In this document: piece after piece, positions 30,407 to 40,912 of the stretch
Layout of the letters: each line of letters starts with the position of its first letter
Position numbering within the stretch: the stretch's first letter is position 1
Source of the DNA: Ignavibacteriota bacterium
Lineage (GTDB): Bacteria > Bacteroidota > Ignavibacteria > UBA10030 > CAVZMI01
Length of the DNA: 64,000 nucleotides
Assembly: GCA_963776275.1 (NCBI GenBank)
Contig: CAVZMI010000007.1
Location: 1-64,000 of the forward strand
Reading direction: 5' to 3'
Notes under the pieces: model-generated
Database searches by the model: none
Seen by the model: the letters and a program-made list of their open reading frames with translations, nothing else
Told to the model about the DNA's origin: nothing
Position numbers and translations under genes: made by a program

Positions 30407-32125
30407 ATGTCGAAGCGAACTTGGATTTTATTGACTTATGGATTGATCATTGCTGCTGTCGAATTTCCAGCGGCATTTGTTCAGGCTCAGACTGACACAA
30501 TTCGGGTGGTATGTGTCGGCAACAGCATCACAGAAGGATACACCACCGCAAATACACTGACCGACAGCTATACTGCCCAGCTTGGAGTATTGCTCGGAAG
30601 CGGGTGGAACGTGAAAAATTCCGGAGTATCCGGACGCACAATGCTTAAAAACGGCGACTTCCCGATCTGGAATGAACAAAAATTCAAGGACGGCCTCGCC
30701 TTCAATCCCAATATTGTGACCATATGTCTGGGAACAAACGACACCAAACCATGGAACTGGGATGATCATAAAGGTGAATTCATCGGCGACTATAACGCGA
30801 TGATCGATACGTTCAGGTCGCTCCCAAGTCATCCGGTCATCTGGCTCTGTCTTCCTCCTCCATCCTTCAGCGATGCATTCAGTATCCGGGATTCGGTTAT
30901 CAATGCCGACATCATTCCGATGATCCAACAAATTGCAGCCAATAAAGAATGCCAGATTATCGATTTCAACACGCTGTTGAAGAGTCGCTCCGACATCGTC
31001 CCCGATGGAATTCATCCCAACGCTGCCGGATTGACGATGATGGCTAAATTACTCTATGAAAAACTCACCGGCAATACAATCACAACTGTGAATGACGAGA
31101 ATTGCGCCGCAGGAAAAACCGTAAGCGTAAGCGGATCGATCGATTCGCTCGTGTACGGCGGAGCGAACCTGGTCGACGGTAAAAGTACGACGCAATGGAT
31201 TACACTTGGATTCCCCGCAGAGGCGACCATCGATCTCGGCTCGACTCAGATCGTGGATCTATTCAGGGTCGATTTCACCGGAACGCGCGAATCAAATGCG
31301 GGTTATCAATTTCGCATTGAAACTGAGTCGGCAACAGCCGGATGGATAACGGCGCTCGATCGCACAACACGTACCGACTCGGCGGCTACAATACTTGAAA
31401 AGACAGATTCCATCCTAGCGCGGTTCGTGCGTCTCACAGTCACAGGCGCCGCCCGGCCAAGAGGCGATACAGTAAGCATAGCCGAAATCCGCGTACTGAA
31501 AGCAAACGGAGGGGCACACTCACCTGTAATTTCATTCAAAAAGACAGGTGCCTCGGGTTCGAATATAAAATATGACATCAAATTCCAGTGGCCAAACGGC
31601 GCCGTAGGAAAAGTAATTCCGTATCGTCATAAAAATGTGGGGGGACTCGATGCTGTCAGAGGTTTCATGGATGGAAGTACGTACACAATAACCAGTGAAT
31701 ACATCAAAACGGTAAATTACAATGTCTATTACGCCGAGACATTTCTTAATGGAATTGAGGTAATCTCAGATACAACGGTAATCGGTGCCCTTCCGACTGG
31801 AATCAAAGAAATAGAATCGCCCGAAATGCCGTCGGAAATCCAGCTCCTGCCATCCTATCCCAATCCATTCAATCCGTCAACGACGATTTCATTTATACTT
31901 CCATCAAAATCATTTATTACGCTTAAGATTTTTGATGCACTAGGAAGAGAAATTACGACACTATTTTCGGGACAGCTGCAGGCAGGATTTCATTCACGGC
32001 AGTGGAATGCGGTGAATATGGCGAGCGGCGTTTATTTCTATCGTTTATCCGCCTTTCCTTTGGAAAGTAGAGACAGGCAGTCTGGCAATTATATCGATAC
32101 AAAAAAACTCGTTTTATTACGATGA
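30407..32125 (+). CDS. SGNH/GDSL esterase with F5/8-type (discoidin) domain and T9SS CTD
   Basis: VGNSITEG, GVSG, LGTND and DGIHPN blocks; ARFVRLTV; YPNPFNP. Confidence 0.85.
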   Translation: MSKRTWILLTYGLIIAAVEFPAAFVQAQTDTIRVVCVGNSITEGYTTANTLTDSYTAQLGVLLGSGWNVKNSGVSGRTMLKNGDFPIWNEQKFKDGLAFNPNIVTICLGTNDTKPWNWDDHKGEFIGDYNAMIDTFRSLPSHPVIWLCLPPPSFSDAFSIRDSVINADIIPMIQQIAANKECQIIDFNTLLKSRSDIVPDGIHPNAAGLTMMAKLLYEKLTGNTITTVNDENCAAGKTVSVSGSIDSLVYGGANLVDGKSTTQWITLGFPAEATIDLGSTQIVDLFRVDFTGTRESNAGYQFRIETESATAGWITALDRTTRTDSAATILEKTDSILARFVRLTVTGAARPRGDTVSIAEIRVLKANGGAHSPVISFKKTGASGSNIKYDIKFQWPNGAVGKVIPYRHKNVGGLDAVRGFMDGSTYTITSEYIKTVNYNVYYAETFLNGIEVISDTTVIGALPTGIKEIESPEMPSEIQLLPSYPNPFNPSTTISFILPSKSFITLKIFDALGREITTLFSGQLQAGFHSRQWNAVNMASGVYFYRLSAFPLESRDRQSGNYIDTKKLVLLR

Positions 32126-32189
32126 ACGGGGCGAAATGGGGTGACCATTCATAGGTCACCTCCCCCCTTTTTATTGAAAACAGCAAAAC

Positions 32190-32335
32190 AGTGCCGCCCT
32201 GCGGCAGTCCCGACATCCGCTTTCGATCCACTTCCGCCTACGTTCCACTTCGGCGGACAAGCTCGCCTCGCTCCGACGAGCGGAGCGAGGCGGAGCGGGC
32301 CACCGGGCAGGCCACTCCAGCGGACAAGCAGTCGG
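32190..32335. repeat. REP-like hairpin cluster
   Basis: TCCGCC..GTTCCACT..GGCGGA unit (also at 36023, 36479, 42285) and CTCGCTCCG/CGGAGCGAG. Confidence 0.6.
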
Positions 32336-32356
32336 GATTGAAAGGAGAGGGCAATT

Positions 32357-33058
32357 ATGAACTTGATTAGAATCCTTCAATCTGTTGAAGAACTCTTGTA
32401 TGAACTGGCTCTGTGGATTGTTCTTATTCCAAAGACATTTGTAAAAGTTGTCTTTCAACCCGGATGGGCTCAGAGCTACATTACCGCAGAATTCGACAAA
32501 GAACCCGGCGAGAGATTTGACGAGTACGTTTCTCCAATGCTCTTCTGGGCAATCGTCTGTGTAATTCCTTATTTGATTACAGTGGATACCTTTTCTATCC
32601 TTTTCTTAAAAAGTGGACACATTCAGAAGTTCGCTTCTTTGCCGCTTGAAGCTAAATTCCTCTCCATTGCCGTGTTTCTTATATGTGAACCGTTAGGGGT
32701 TTCTATTGGCATCCTTAAAGCTATCAAGAAATCCATCGGCCGAAAAAGCATGCGGCGTATCTTTTCTACTCAGTGCTTATGTTTTTCTCCTGCATATCTT
32801 TTTCTGCTTCCATTTGTGACAATAGAATTGGCGGCGGGTCTCCATTTAGATTTCAAACTTACCGAACCTGCATCAATGATCGAGATGATTTCCGCAAGCA
32901 TGTTCTTCTGGTGGCTTCTGTATGCTGAGATCAGGATCATTACCGCAGAACTGAAAATTGGATGGATAAAAGCCGCAGGACGGCTTATTGCGTACCTTTT
33001 TTTGTCATTATTATTGATGTTCTTAATGGAGTTTATATTAATATGGATAATCTTCTGA
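32357..33058 (+). CDS. Hypothetical multi-pass membrane protein
   Basis: 233-aa ORF with about six hydrophobic segments and a GGAG RBS. Confidence 0.7.
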   Translation: MNLIRILQSVEELLYELALWIVLIPKTFVKVVFQPGWAQSYITAEFDKEPGERFDEYVSPMLFWAIVCVIPYLITVDTFSILFLKSGHIQKFASLPLEAKFLSIAVFLICEPLGVSIGILKAIKKSIGRKSMRRIFSTQCLCFSPAYLFLLPFVTIELAAGLHLDFKLTEPASMIEMISASMFFWWLLYAEIRIITAELKIGWIKAAGRLIAYLFLSLLLMFLMEFILIWIIF

Positions 33059-33085
33059 CTTGGTCAAAATCAAGAGAGGTAAGAA

Positions 33086-35962
33086 ATGTGCCGGGAAAAT
33101 AACGATCACAAAACCCTGAAATATCAGATGCTGATTGTATTTGCAGCAGTAATAATATTCTCACCGGGAAATAGCAATGGCCAGACGTACCTGGATTCTA
33201 CAGCTGCAATCGATTCAAGAGTCGATGATCTCCTCGGCAGAATGACATTGGACGAGAAAATCGGACAGATGATACAAATGGATTACACCAATCTTCCATC
33301 AACATCAGACATTACGACCTACTATCTCGGATCACTTCTTGCTGCAGCCGACGAGGGACCTGCAGGAAGAACACCGGAGGCATGGGCAGACCTCTACGAC
33401 ACGCTTCAATCATATGCTTTACAGACTCGTCTTAAGATTCCTTTGATTTTTGCTCTTGATGCAATCCATGGTTTCGGTGCGATGTACGGCGCAACAGTTT
33501 TTCCTCACAACATCGGTATGGGATGCATGCGGAATGCCGAACTTGTAAAACAAGCCGCTCAAATCACGGCTGAAGAAATGTCAGCAACGGGAATCGACTG
33601 GACCCTCGGGCCTGTAGTCGCAGTGGCAAGAAATGAAAAGTGGGGCCGCACATACGAATCCTTCGGAGAATATCCGGACCTGGTAAAAGAAATGTCTGCG
33701 GCTGCTGTGGTTGGATTCCAGGGAGATACATCGGCTAAAAATATAAACATATTGGCTTGTGCGAAACATTTCATCGGAGATGGGGGCACCACAAACGGAG
33801 TGACCAACGGGAATACTCAAGTCGACGAGGCGACACTGCGAGCAATTCATCTGCCGGGATATATATCCGCGATTGAACAAAATGTCGGCTCTATCATGGT
33901 TGCTCAAAATCAATGGAACGGTATCCATTGCCATGGAAATCACTATCTGTTGACGGATCTTTTGAAAGAAGAATTGGGATTCAAAGGCATTGTCATTTCA
34001 GATTGGAACAGCTTTTTATACGCCGGCGATCCCTCTGCCCCTTTTCCTTCCCCTGTATTATATGGACCTGCCATTAAAAATTCCATCAACGCAGGAATAG
34101 ATATGGCAATGATGTCAAACTACTCTGTCTATAATCATCGCACGTATATTGATACCCTCAAGTATCTGATTAATCTTGATACAATTACTATCGAACGTAT
34201 TAACGATGCCGTGAGAAGAATACTCACGCAAAAGTTTCGATTAGGTCTTTTTGAACATCCCTATGCGAACAGGTCTCTCTTGAGTCAGGTAGGTTCAACT
34301 GCACACAGAGAAACCGCCCGAGAATGCGTCCGTCAATCATTGGTGGTATTGAAAAAGAAAGACGGCATTCTCCCCATTTCAAGGAACATTAAGCATATTC
34401 ATCTTGCAGGACGGCATGCAGACAACATGGGTTATCAATGCGGCGGCTGGACGATTACCTGGCAAGGATCAAGCGGCGACATTACTCCGGGAACTACAAT
34501 CAGAGAAGCAATTCAGCAAGTGGTACCGGACGCGGCCATTACCGTTTCCAGTGACGGCCTTGGTGCTGAAGAAGCCGATATCGGTATTGCCGTCATTGGA
34601 GAGCTGCCCTATGCAGAAGGAAACGGTGATGGAAGAGTGAATCTTGATGGAGTAGATATTGAAGCAGTTCGAAATTTAAAAAGTTACGGAATCCCCGTTG
34701 TTGTTATTCTTATCTCGGGACGCCCGATCATTCTCGATCCTATTCTTCATCACTGCGATGCTCTCATTGCCGCCTGGCTGCCCGGCACAGAAGGCGAAGG
34801 AATTGCCGATGTGCTCTTTGGCGATTATCAACCTGTCGGAAAACTCTCTCAAAGCTGGCCAAGAGATGTATCTCAAATCCCTATCAATATCGGGGATTCA
34901 GTGTATAATCCGCTCTTCAAATACGGAGATGGAATTACTTCCCTGGCTGATTCTCCTGTGGGCTCACCACCTGAAGTGTATTCGGCAAGTATCGTTGCAA
35001 CCCAGAATATGGAAATTTCCTTCAATAAAAAAATGGATGCTCCACCCGCGGCGCCTGCAGGCTTTTCGGTAATCGATAATACCGGCAATCCAACCAACAT
35101 TTCTTCTCTGAGTCTTAAGGATTCCGATTCAACTTCTTTTATTATTACTTTTGAAGACAGCATTCGGAAAGCAAATACGTATACTATTTCGTACACTGCC
35201 GGAACTATTCAGTCCCATGATCAGGGACAATTAACTGCCTTCGAGGGTGTATCCGTACACAATCTGTTGACAGATTATAAGTATCTGCATTCAGCACCGG
35301 GTAAAATTGAAGCGGAAGATTACTATAGAGGTCAGGGTATAGGAACCACTTCCTGTTCAGATGTGGGAAGCGGGAAAATGCTTTATAGCATTGATACAAA
35401 CGATTGGGTGGATTACTATGTGTACGTTTCTCAATCCGGTACATATACATTAGAATATCGCATCGCAAGCGCTGCCGATTCAGGGCAAATTGAACTGATT
35501 ACCAAAGGTGATACCTTGTCCGTTTTAAATCTTCCAGTCACCGGATCCTGGGATATATGGCAGAGCGTTCAGACTGCTGTACAACTTTCCGAAGGACCTC
35601 AGATTATCAGAATATATGCTTCGCGAGGAGGGTTCCGATTAAATTGGATACAATTATCGCCGACAACCGGCATGGATAATAACGGCGAAAACATAGTCGA
35701 GGAATTCCGGTTATCACAAAACTATCCAAATCCGTTCAATCCTTCGACAATAATCACATATCAAATTCCAAAATCGAGACATGTGAGATTGACAGTATAC
35801 GATCTCCTAGGAAGAGAAATCATGACGTTGGTAAATGAAGAGATGAGACCGGGAAGTTATCAAGCTACTTTTAATGGCACAAATTTAGCAAGTGGTGTTT
35901 ATTTTTATCGCCTCCAGGCTGGTGAATTTGTTCAAACGAGAAAGTTAATCTTGATGAAATAA
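33086..35962 (+). CDS. GH3 beta-glucosidase with CBM6-like module and T9SS CTD
   Basis: MTLDEKIGQM, DAIHG, WGRTYESFGE, ACAKHFIGDG and ISDW (nucleophile); KIEAEDY...TGSWDIWQ; QNYPNPFNP. Confidence 0.9.
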   Translation: MCRENNDHKTLKYQMLIVFAAVIIFSPGNSNGQTYLDSTAAIDSRVDDLLGRMTLDEKIGQMIQMDYTNLPSTSDITTYYLGSLLAAADEGPAGRTPEAWADLYDTLQSYALQTRLKIPLIFALDAIHGFGAMYGATVFPHNIGMGCMRNAELVKQAAQITAEEMSATGIDWTLGPVVAVARNEKWGRTYESFGEYPDLVKEMSAAAVVGFQGDTSAKNINILACAKHFIGDGGTTNGVTNGNTQVDEATLRAIHLPGYISAIEQNVGSIMVAQNQWNGIHCHGNHYLLTDLLKEELGFKGIVISDWNSFLYAGDPSAPFPSPVLYGPAIKNSINAGIDMAMMSNYSVYNHRTYIDTLKYLINLDTITIERINDAVRRILTQKFRLGLFEHPYANRSLLSQVGSTAHRETARECVRQSLVVLKKKDGILPISRNIKHIHLAGRHADNMGYQCGGWTITWQGSSGDITPGTTIREAIQQVVPDAAITVSSDGLGAEEADIGIAVIGELPYAEGNGDGRVNLDGVDIEAVRNLKSYGIPVVVILISGRPIILDPILHHCDALIAAWLPGTEGEGIADVLFGDYQPVGKLSQSWPRDVSQIPINIGDSVYNPLFKYGDGITSLADSPVGSPPEVYSASIVATQNMEISFNKKMDAPPAAPAGFSVIDNTGNPTNISSLSLKDSDSTSFIITFEDSIRKANTYTISYTAGTIQSHDQGQLTAFEGVSVHNLLTDYKYLHSAPGKIEAEDYYRGQGIGTTSCSDVGSGKMLYSIDTNDWVDYYVYVSQSGTYTLEYRIASAADSGQIELITKGDTLSVLNLPVTGSWDIWQSVQTAVQLSEGPQIIRIYASRGGFRLNWIQLSPTTGMDNNGENIVEEFRLSQNYPNPFNPSTIITYQIPKSRHVRLTVYDLLGREIMTLVNEEMRPGSYQATFNGTNLASGVYFYRLQAGEFVQTRKLILMK

Positions 35963-36007
35963 CGAGCAAGAAGAACATATATTTCAAAAAATACATAGCC
36001 AACTAGA

Positions 36008-36380
36008 CTCATAAATCATCAATCCGCCTTCGTTCCACTTCCGCCTTCGTTTCACTCCGGCGCCTGCCTGCCGGAGTGCCCGCCTTCGCTGAAGCCTTCG
36101 GTGGGCGAAGGCCTCCGGCATGCAGGCAGGGACAAGCCGGCGGATAGACCGGCTGAATAACATATCCAGACAGAGAAAAATGAATACCGAATGAATGGCC
36201 ACGACCTTAAGGTCGTGGATTTCTAATCCAAAAAATCTTTGTGGGCTTTAGCCCTACATCAATTTAATGTGGGGTTAAAAACCCTCATTTTTCTCCTCTT
36301 ATTTCCCACAAGCTACTCGCCTCGCTCCCCGTCTCGCCTTCGGCTCGCCAAGGTGTACGCTTCGGCGGAGCGGGAAGCTC
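36008..36380. repeat. Dense cluster of REP-like palindromes
   Basis: GCCTTCGC..GCGAAGGC, CCTGCC..GGCAGG, CCACGACCTTAAGGTCGTGG, GGGCTTTAGCCC and others. Confidence 0.65.
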
Positions 36381-36465
36381 GTGGCAATTCAGAAAATACA
36401 GAATGTTTTAGACCACCGGCTCAAGTGTGTCCATAGAAAACAGATAAACAGATTTTTTCAAACGT

Positions 36466-36803
36466 CTCAAATCATCAATCCGCCTTCGTTCCACTCCGGC
36501 GGACAGGTCATAGATCATCAATATCAATGGCCGTTTCATAGTTCGGTTTGCATTTCCCCTTGTAATTCCTTACGTTCTGACAAACCACGGACAATAACGA
36601 TTCTACTTCCGAATAGACAATTCAATCGGCATCAAAGGGGCTTCGGTTACAAAGTTATCCGTCGCGCGTGAAGATGCGCGGGAAAAATAAGTCGAAGAAC
36701 ATTAAAGCATACAGGGCTGAGGCAGGTGCGTCCAAAAGAAATAAATACGCTATACGACGAAGTGGTCCTGTTTCACCGTATAGCGTCTTTACAGATGTTA
36801 TGT
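36466..36803 (+). promoter_or_regulatory. Promoter plus attI-like module, type B copy 1 (promoter 36548-36576, GTT at 36797)
   Basis: Homologous to 42268..42540 and 45002..45328; ends TATAGCGTCTTTACAGAT-GTTATGT. Confidence 0.68.
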
Positions 36804-36922
36804 GCCATGCACCTGCCTGAGGCCTATATGGCAGACGATTGTTTTGAATTGTTTATGGGTTTTTCTGCTTAAGTCGAGATTATTAAATCAAACTTTACAA
36901 ACTACACGAAAGGAATATATTC

Positions 36923-37570
36923 ATGTTAACAAGATTGAAAATCAACTCATCGCAAGGGATTATTCTTGCTGTGATTGCTCTTCTTGCGTCTATTGACTTC
37001 GCATGCACCTCTTCTCGTCTGACAAATGTGTGGAAAGACCCGGAGTTCAAGAATTCCCCGATGACCAATATGCTTATCGTCGCGGCGAAAAAAAGTCCTG
37101 TGAACCGGCGTATATGGGAAGACGTAATCGTTGCAGAACTGTCTGCTCATGGTGTTACGACCACCCCTTCGTACCGATTATTTGAAGATTCTATTCCTGA
37201 TCCCGACCAGGTAGGAGCCGCTGTTCGAGAGAAGAAATTCGACGGAGTGCTTTTCATCAGGAGACTACCGACCGAGATCTCTACCAATTATGTACCACCA
37301 TCTATAAAGCGCGAGGCGGTTACACGGTATAATGAGCGTAAACAGACATACTCTACTTACTATCGAGATGTACAGCAGCCCGGCTATACTGACACTACCA
37401 AGATCGTACGTCATGAGGTTAGCGTTTTTACTACACAAGAAGGCGGCCATCTAGTGTGGTCTGGCACGGGTGAGATGATTGATCCAAGCTCCAGGGAAGC
37501 AGTCAGAAATGAAATCACTGGTTTGGTTATTCCAGAATTGGCACGACAGGGAATCATCCCTGCAAAGTAG
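36923..37570 (+). CDS. Hypothetical lipoprotein
   Basis: Hydrophobic leader with lipobox-like FAC; W.DP, RRIWED and LVWSG motifs. Confidence 0.72.
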   Translation: MLTRLKINSSQGIILAVIALLASIDFACTSSRLTNVWKDPEFKNSPMTNMLIVAAKKSPVNRRIWEDVIVAELSAHGVTTTPSYRLFEDSIPDPDQVGAAVREKKFDGVLFIRRLPTEISTNYVPPSIKREAVTRYNERKQTYSTYYRDVQQPGYTDTTKIVRHEVSVFTTQEGGHLVWSGTGEMIDPSSREAVRNEITGLVIPELARQGIIPAK

Positions 37571-37682
37571 TTCTTTTTTGATCTTTGGAGACCGTCCTTC
37601 TATCGCAGTGTATCCAATTGCAAGTTGAACATTTACATAGATAGAATCCAGATTACCATCAAATACGATGCAGGTGCACATC

Positions 37683-37781
37683 AGATAAAAGCAATAAAAA
37701 TATAGAATGAGCCATTCTGTTGTTCATCCTGCACTGAAAGTACGGGACAACGGTACGGCATTTTTGTTGCACACGTCAGTT
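37683..37781 (+). repeat. Degenerate attC-like site
   Basis: AGATAAA-A-GCAATAAAAAT ... ATTTTTGTTGC-ACAC-GTCAGTT. Confidence 0.6.
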
Positions 37782-37821
37782 GGCATTATCCTTTTAAACA
37801 TAAATGAAAGGAGACATTACT

Positions 37822-39903
37822 ATGCGTGTCAATTCTCACTTTTTATTTCTCATTGGATTTTTCATACTTGGTCAGGCCACTTTGAAGGCGCAGTGGAGTC
37901 AGACGAACGGACCAACAAGCGGTTACATAAATGCACTCACGACACTTGGGTCTACGATTATTGCTGGAACGGAAGCAGGAGCATTCCGATCCACCGATAA
38001 TGGCGCGCACTGGACAGCGGCGAACACAGGACTTACTAATTACGAAATTCTCGCACTCACATCAGGTGAGCGCATCTTCATGGGAACAGGTTCCGATTTG
38101 GTATCATCGACAGATCAGGGTGCGACTTGGTCATCATCTCTTATGAACGATTATGTTCTTTCTATTGCCACAAACGGTACATATCTCCTTGTCGGAACAT
38201 ACAGCGGTGTTTCACTCTCAACCGATAATGGTGCAAACTGGACGCAGTCGAACAACGGATTGACGAATACTACCGTTCAGGCACTCGCCATCGTTGGATC
38301 TACGTTTTTTGCCGGAACCGGAAATGGATTATTCCTCTCGACTGATTACGGTGTAAGTTGGCATGCTCCTACAACAGGCCCGACAAATTTGAATATCAGA
38401 TGCTTTACGGTAAAAGACACGAATGTATATGCAGGTACATGGGGCGGCGGTGTGTTTGTCACATCAGACACCGGTGCCCATTGGTCTGAGACGAACAACG
38501 GATTTTCTACGTCAGAGATCGTGATGTCCTTGTACACCTTTGGTACGGTGCTCTGTGTTGGGACAGGAAACGACGGGGCATACGTCTCGACTGATGATGG
38601 CGCGCATTGGAATTCTACGGCATCGCTGCCGGGGGGTGAAGTGCATGCGTTCACATCGAATAACACAACGCTCTTCACAGGGACACGCAGTTCTTTGTAT
38701 ACCTCCGCCGATACAGGAAAGCACTGGACAGAAGCATGTGACGGTATGATTGCTGCATACTGTTCTGCACTAGGGGGTTCTGGTTCGACCATCTATGCTG
38801 CTTCTGGTACTAACGGTGTGTATCTTTCCACAAATGAAGGAACAAGCTGGACAGCATCGAACAATGGATTAGATATCCCTATCGCATATACAATTGCCGT
38901 AGACGGATCGTTTATTTATCTTGGCGACAACGGCGGAGCTCACCGTTCAACGGATGGCGGTGCAAATTGGGTAACAGCTAATACAGGATTCGTGAATTAC
39001 AATCCTGTTAATACATTTTTTGTAGATGGTACAAATCTGTACTCTGGCGGAGATGATGGAGTATATCTATCTACTGATCATGCCGCAAACTGGACACCGG
39101 CAAAAAACGGATTACCTCAAGAGAATCCCAAAAAAATAATCTATGCTCTCGGCAAAATTGGCTCTAAACTCATTGCAGCAGCGTATGATTCCGGCTTCTT
39201 TGTATCGACGAACAATGCAACTAATTGGGCCCCGTCTAGTACAGGCCTTCCGCTCCCTGCAAGGGGAAAAAAATTCGTGACAGTCGGAACAAAAATCTAT
39301 GCGGGATTGCAGGGTAATAGAGGTGTGTATGTTTCGGCAGATAGTTGCAATAGCTGGACAGCCATCAATGCAGGATTAACGAATTTGGACATATATGCAT
39401 TGGCAAGTGACGGAACAAATCTATTTGCCGGCACACTTAATTGTGTATCCATTTTGATGGATGGCAGTACGAGTTGGATACCTATGAGTACCGGGCTTCC
39501 TGTGGTGGGGTCGAATGAAATAGATGCGTTGCTTGTTAATGGTGATTACCTTTACGCCACAGTCGGGAGCTCAGGAGTCTGGCGGCGTCCCTTATCAGAG
39601 ATGACGGATGTGAAGGATTACAATGCTCAGTATCAGACTAATGTATTTACCCTAAAGCAGAACTATCCAAATCCGTTCAATCCAACCACAACAATTTCAT
39701 TTAGTCTTTCGACACCATCCCTGGTGTCTTTGAAAGTATTTGATTTATTGGGAAGAGAGGTTGCGACAATCGTTTCCGAAGAACTATCGGCTGGTGATCA
39801 CTCTCGGCAATGGAATGCAGCGGGTTTTGCGAGTGGTGTATATTATTATAGACTCGAAGCTGGAAGTTTTGTTGGAACAAAGAAACTTGTTCTACTTCGA
39901 TGA
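37822..39903 (+). CDS. BNR/Asp-box beta-propeller protein with T9SS CTD
   Basis: Repeated STDNGAxWT Asp-boxes, GVWRRPLSEM, QNYPNPFNP; AAAGGAG RBS before ATG 37822. Confidence 0.88.
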   Translation: MRVNSHFLFLIGFFILGQATLKAQWSQTNGPTSGYINALTTLGSTIIAGTEAGAFRSTDNGAHWTAANTGLTNYEILALTSGERIFMGTGSDLVSSTDQGATWSSSLMNDYVLSIATNGTYLLVGTYSGVSLSTDNGANWTQSNNGLTNTTVQALAIVGSTFFAGTGNGLFLSTDYGVSWHAPTTGPTNLNIRCFTVKDTNVYAGTWGGGVFVTSDTGAHWSETNNGFSTSEIVMSLYTFGTVLCVGTGNDGAYVSTDDGAHWNSTASLPGGEVHAFTSNNTTLFTGTRSSLYTSADTGKHWTEACDGMIAAYCSALGGSGSTIYAASGTNGVYLSTNEGTSWTASNNGLDIPIAYTIAVDGSFIYLGDNGGAHRSTDGGANWVTANTGFVNYNPVNTFFVDGTNLYSGGDDGVYLSTDHAANWTPAKNGLPQENPKKIIYALGKIGSKLIAAAYDSGFFVSTNNATNWAPSSTGLPLPARGKKFVTVGTKIYAGLQGNRGVYVSADSCNSWTAINAGLTNLDIYALASDGTNLFAGTLNCVSILMDGSTSWIPMSTGLPVVGSNEIDALLVNGDYLYATVGSSGVWRRPLSEMTDVKDYNAQYQTNVFTLKQNYPNPFNPTTTISFSLSTPSLVSLKVFDLLGREVATIVSEELSAGDHSRQWNAAGFASGVYYYRLEAGSFVGTKKLVLLR

Positions 39904-39915
39904 GCGGGCAACTGT

Positions 39916-40038
39916 ACATAACGGCGAAGCAGTACTTTAGTACAGCGGGCACTACGACCCGCCTCCGGCGTGTCAATCCCGCAGTCATTTTTAAAAGTTT
40001 TGGTATGCGGACTTGCGTAATGCCCGTAGATGTTAAGT
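39916..40038 (+). repeat. attC-like site with a ~21-bp insertion
   Basis: ACATAAC-[21 nt]-A-GCGGGCACTACG ... CGTAATGCCCGT-AGAT-GTTAAGT. Confidence 0.6.
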
Positions 40039-40087
40039 GCAGTTGTTTTACATTGACATCAGATATGACAATAAGTGACATTACATC

Positions 40088-40759
40088 ATGAGCTCTGTAT
40101 TTCTCACAATCGTCCGTTTTGTTGGCTTCCTTTTCACGATATACATCTGGCGAATAATTCAATACGGACAATTTTCTGAACTCACGTCATTGATCATAAT
40201 CATCGGGTCAATCCTGCTGGTTTTCCCGGTAGTTTGGATCGGACGGAAAGCGATCGAGGTCAAACCGTCAATCCAACGTCTCGCCTGGATAACAAGCTTT
40301 ATTCACATAATACTGATGATTTTCTTTGGCGCTTCTATCATCGAAGCCATAAAATATTTCCAAGTCTCACGCGGCATAACAATACCGCTGCCGGTTGAAG
40401 CCGGAACGGTACTGCTTTGTATTACGGGTGCATGTTTGTCGTTGACCGTCGTAAATCTTGCATTAAGCGGACTCGGTGCACCCTTTGCTATTGCGTTGAG
40501 CAAACGCCTTGCAGATCGCTGGATGTACAGATTGACAAGAAATCCGATGGTCTTGTGCACTCTCGCTACACTTATTTCTACTGGCCTATACTTACAGTCT
40601 TTTTATTTTATTTTCTGGGTTTTTATGCTTGTAACACCGGCGTGGATTTATTTTCTCAAAGCATATGAAGAACGCGAGCTTGAAATCCGTTTTGGCACAT
40701 CATACCTGGACTACAAAGCCAAGACTTCTTTCTTCTGGCCAAGAAAGCCGAAGAATTAG
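40088..40759 (+). CDS. Isoprenylcysteine carboxylmethyltransferase/PEMT-family membrane protein
   Basis: YRLTRNPM and EEREL..RFG..Y..Y motifs. Confidence 0.82.
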   Translation: MSSVFLTIVRFVGFLFTIYIWRIIQYGQFSELTSLIIIIGSILLVFPVVWIGRKAIEVKPSIQRLAWITSFIHIILMIFFGASIIEAIKYFQVSRGITIPLPVEAGTVLLCITGACLSLTVVNLALSGLGAPFAIALSKRLADRWMYRLTRNPMVLCTLATLISTGLYLQSFYFIFWVFMLVTPAWIYFLKAYEERELEIRFGTSYLDYKAKTSFFWPRKPKN

Positions 40760-40782
40760 AATCAAGCCGCAGTACAACGAAC

Positions 40783-40899
40783 GCACAACAGGAAAAAAAT
40801 TATCCGTCCCGAGCTCCACCTGCGTGCTTCGCACTCCGTTGGACGAGTAATCGGGACGGGCGCTGGAAATGGCGTGCATGTTTTATCCGGACGTTAGAG
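40783..40899 (+). repeat. attC-like site
   Basis: GCACAAC-A-GGAAAAAA ... TTTTATCC-GGAC-GTTAGAG, with an inner CCGTCCCGA/TCGGGACGG stem. Confidence 0.65.
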
Positions 40900-40912
40900 C
40901 TCATTTTAAGAA

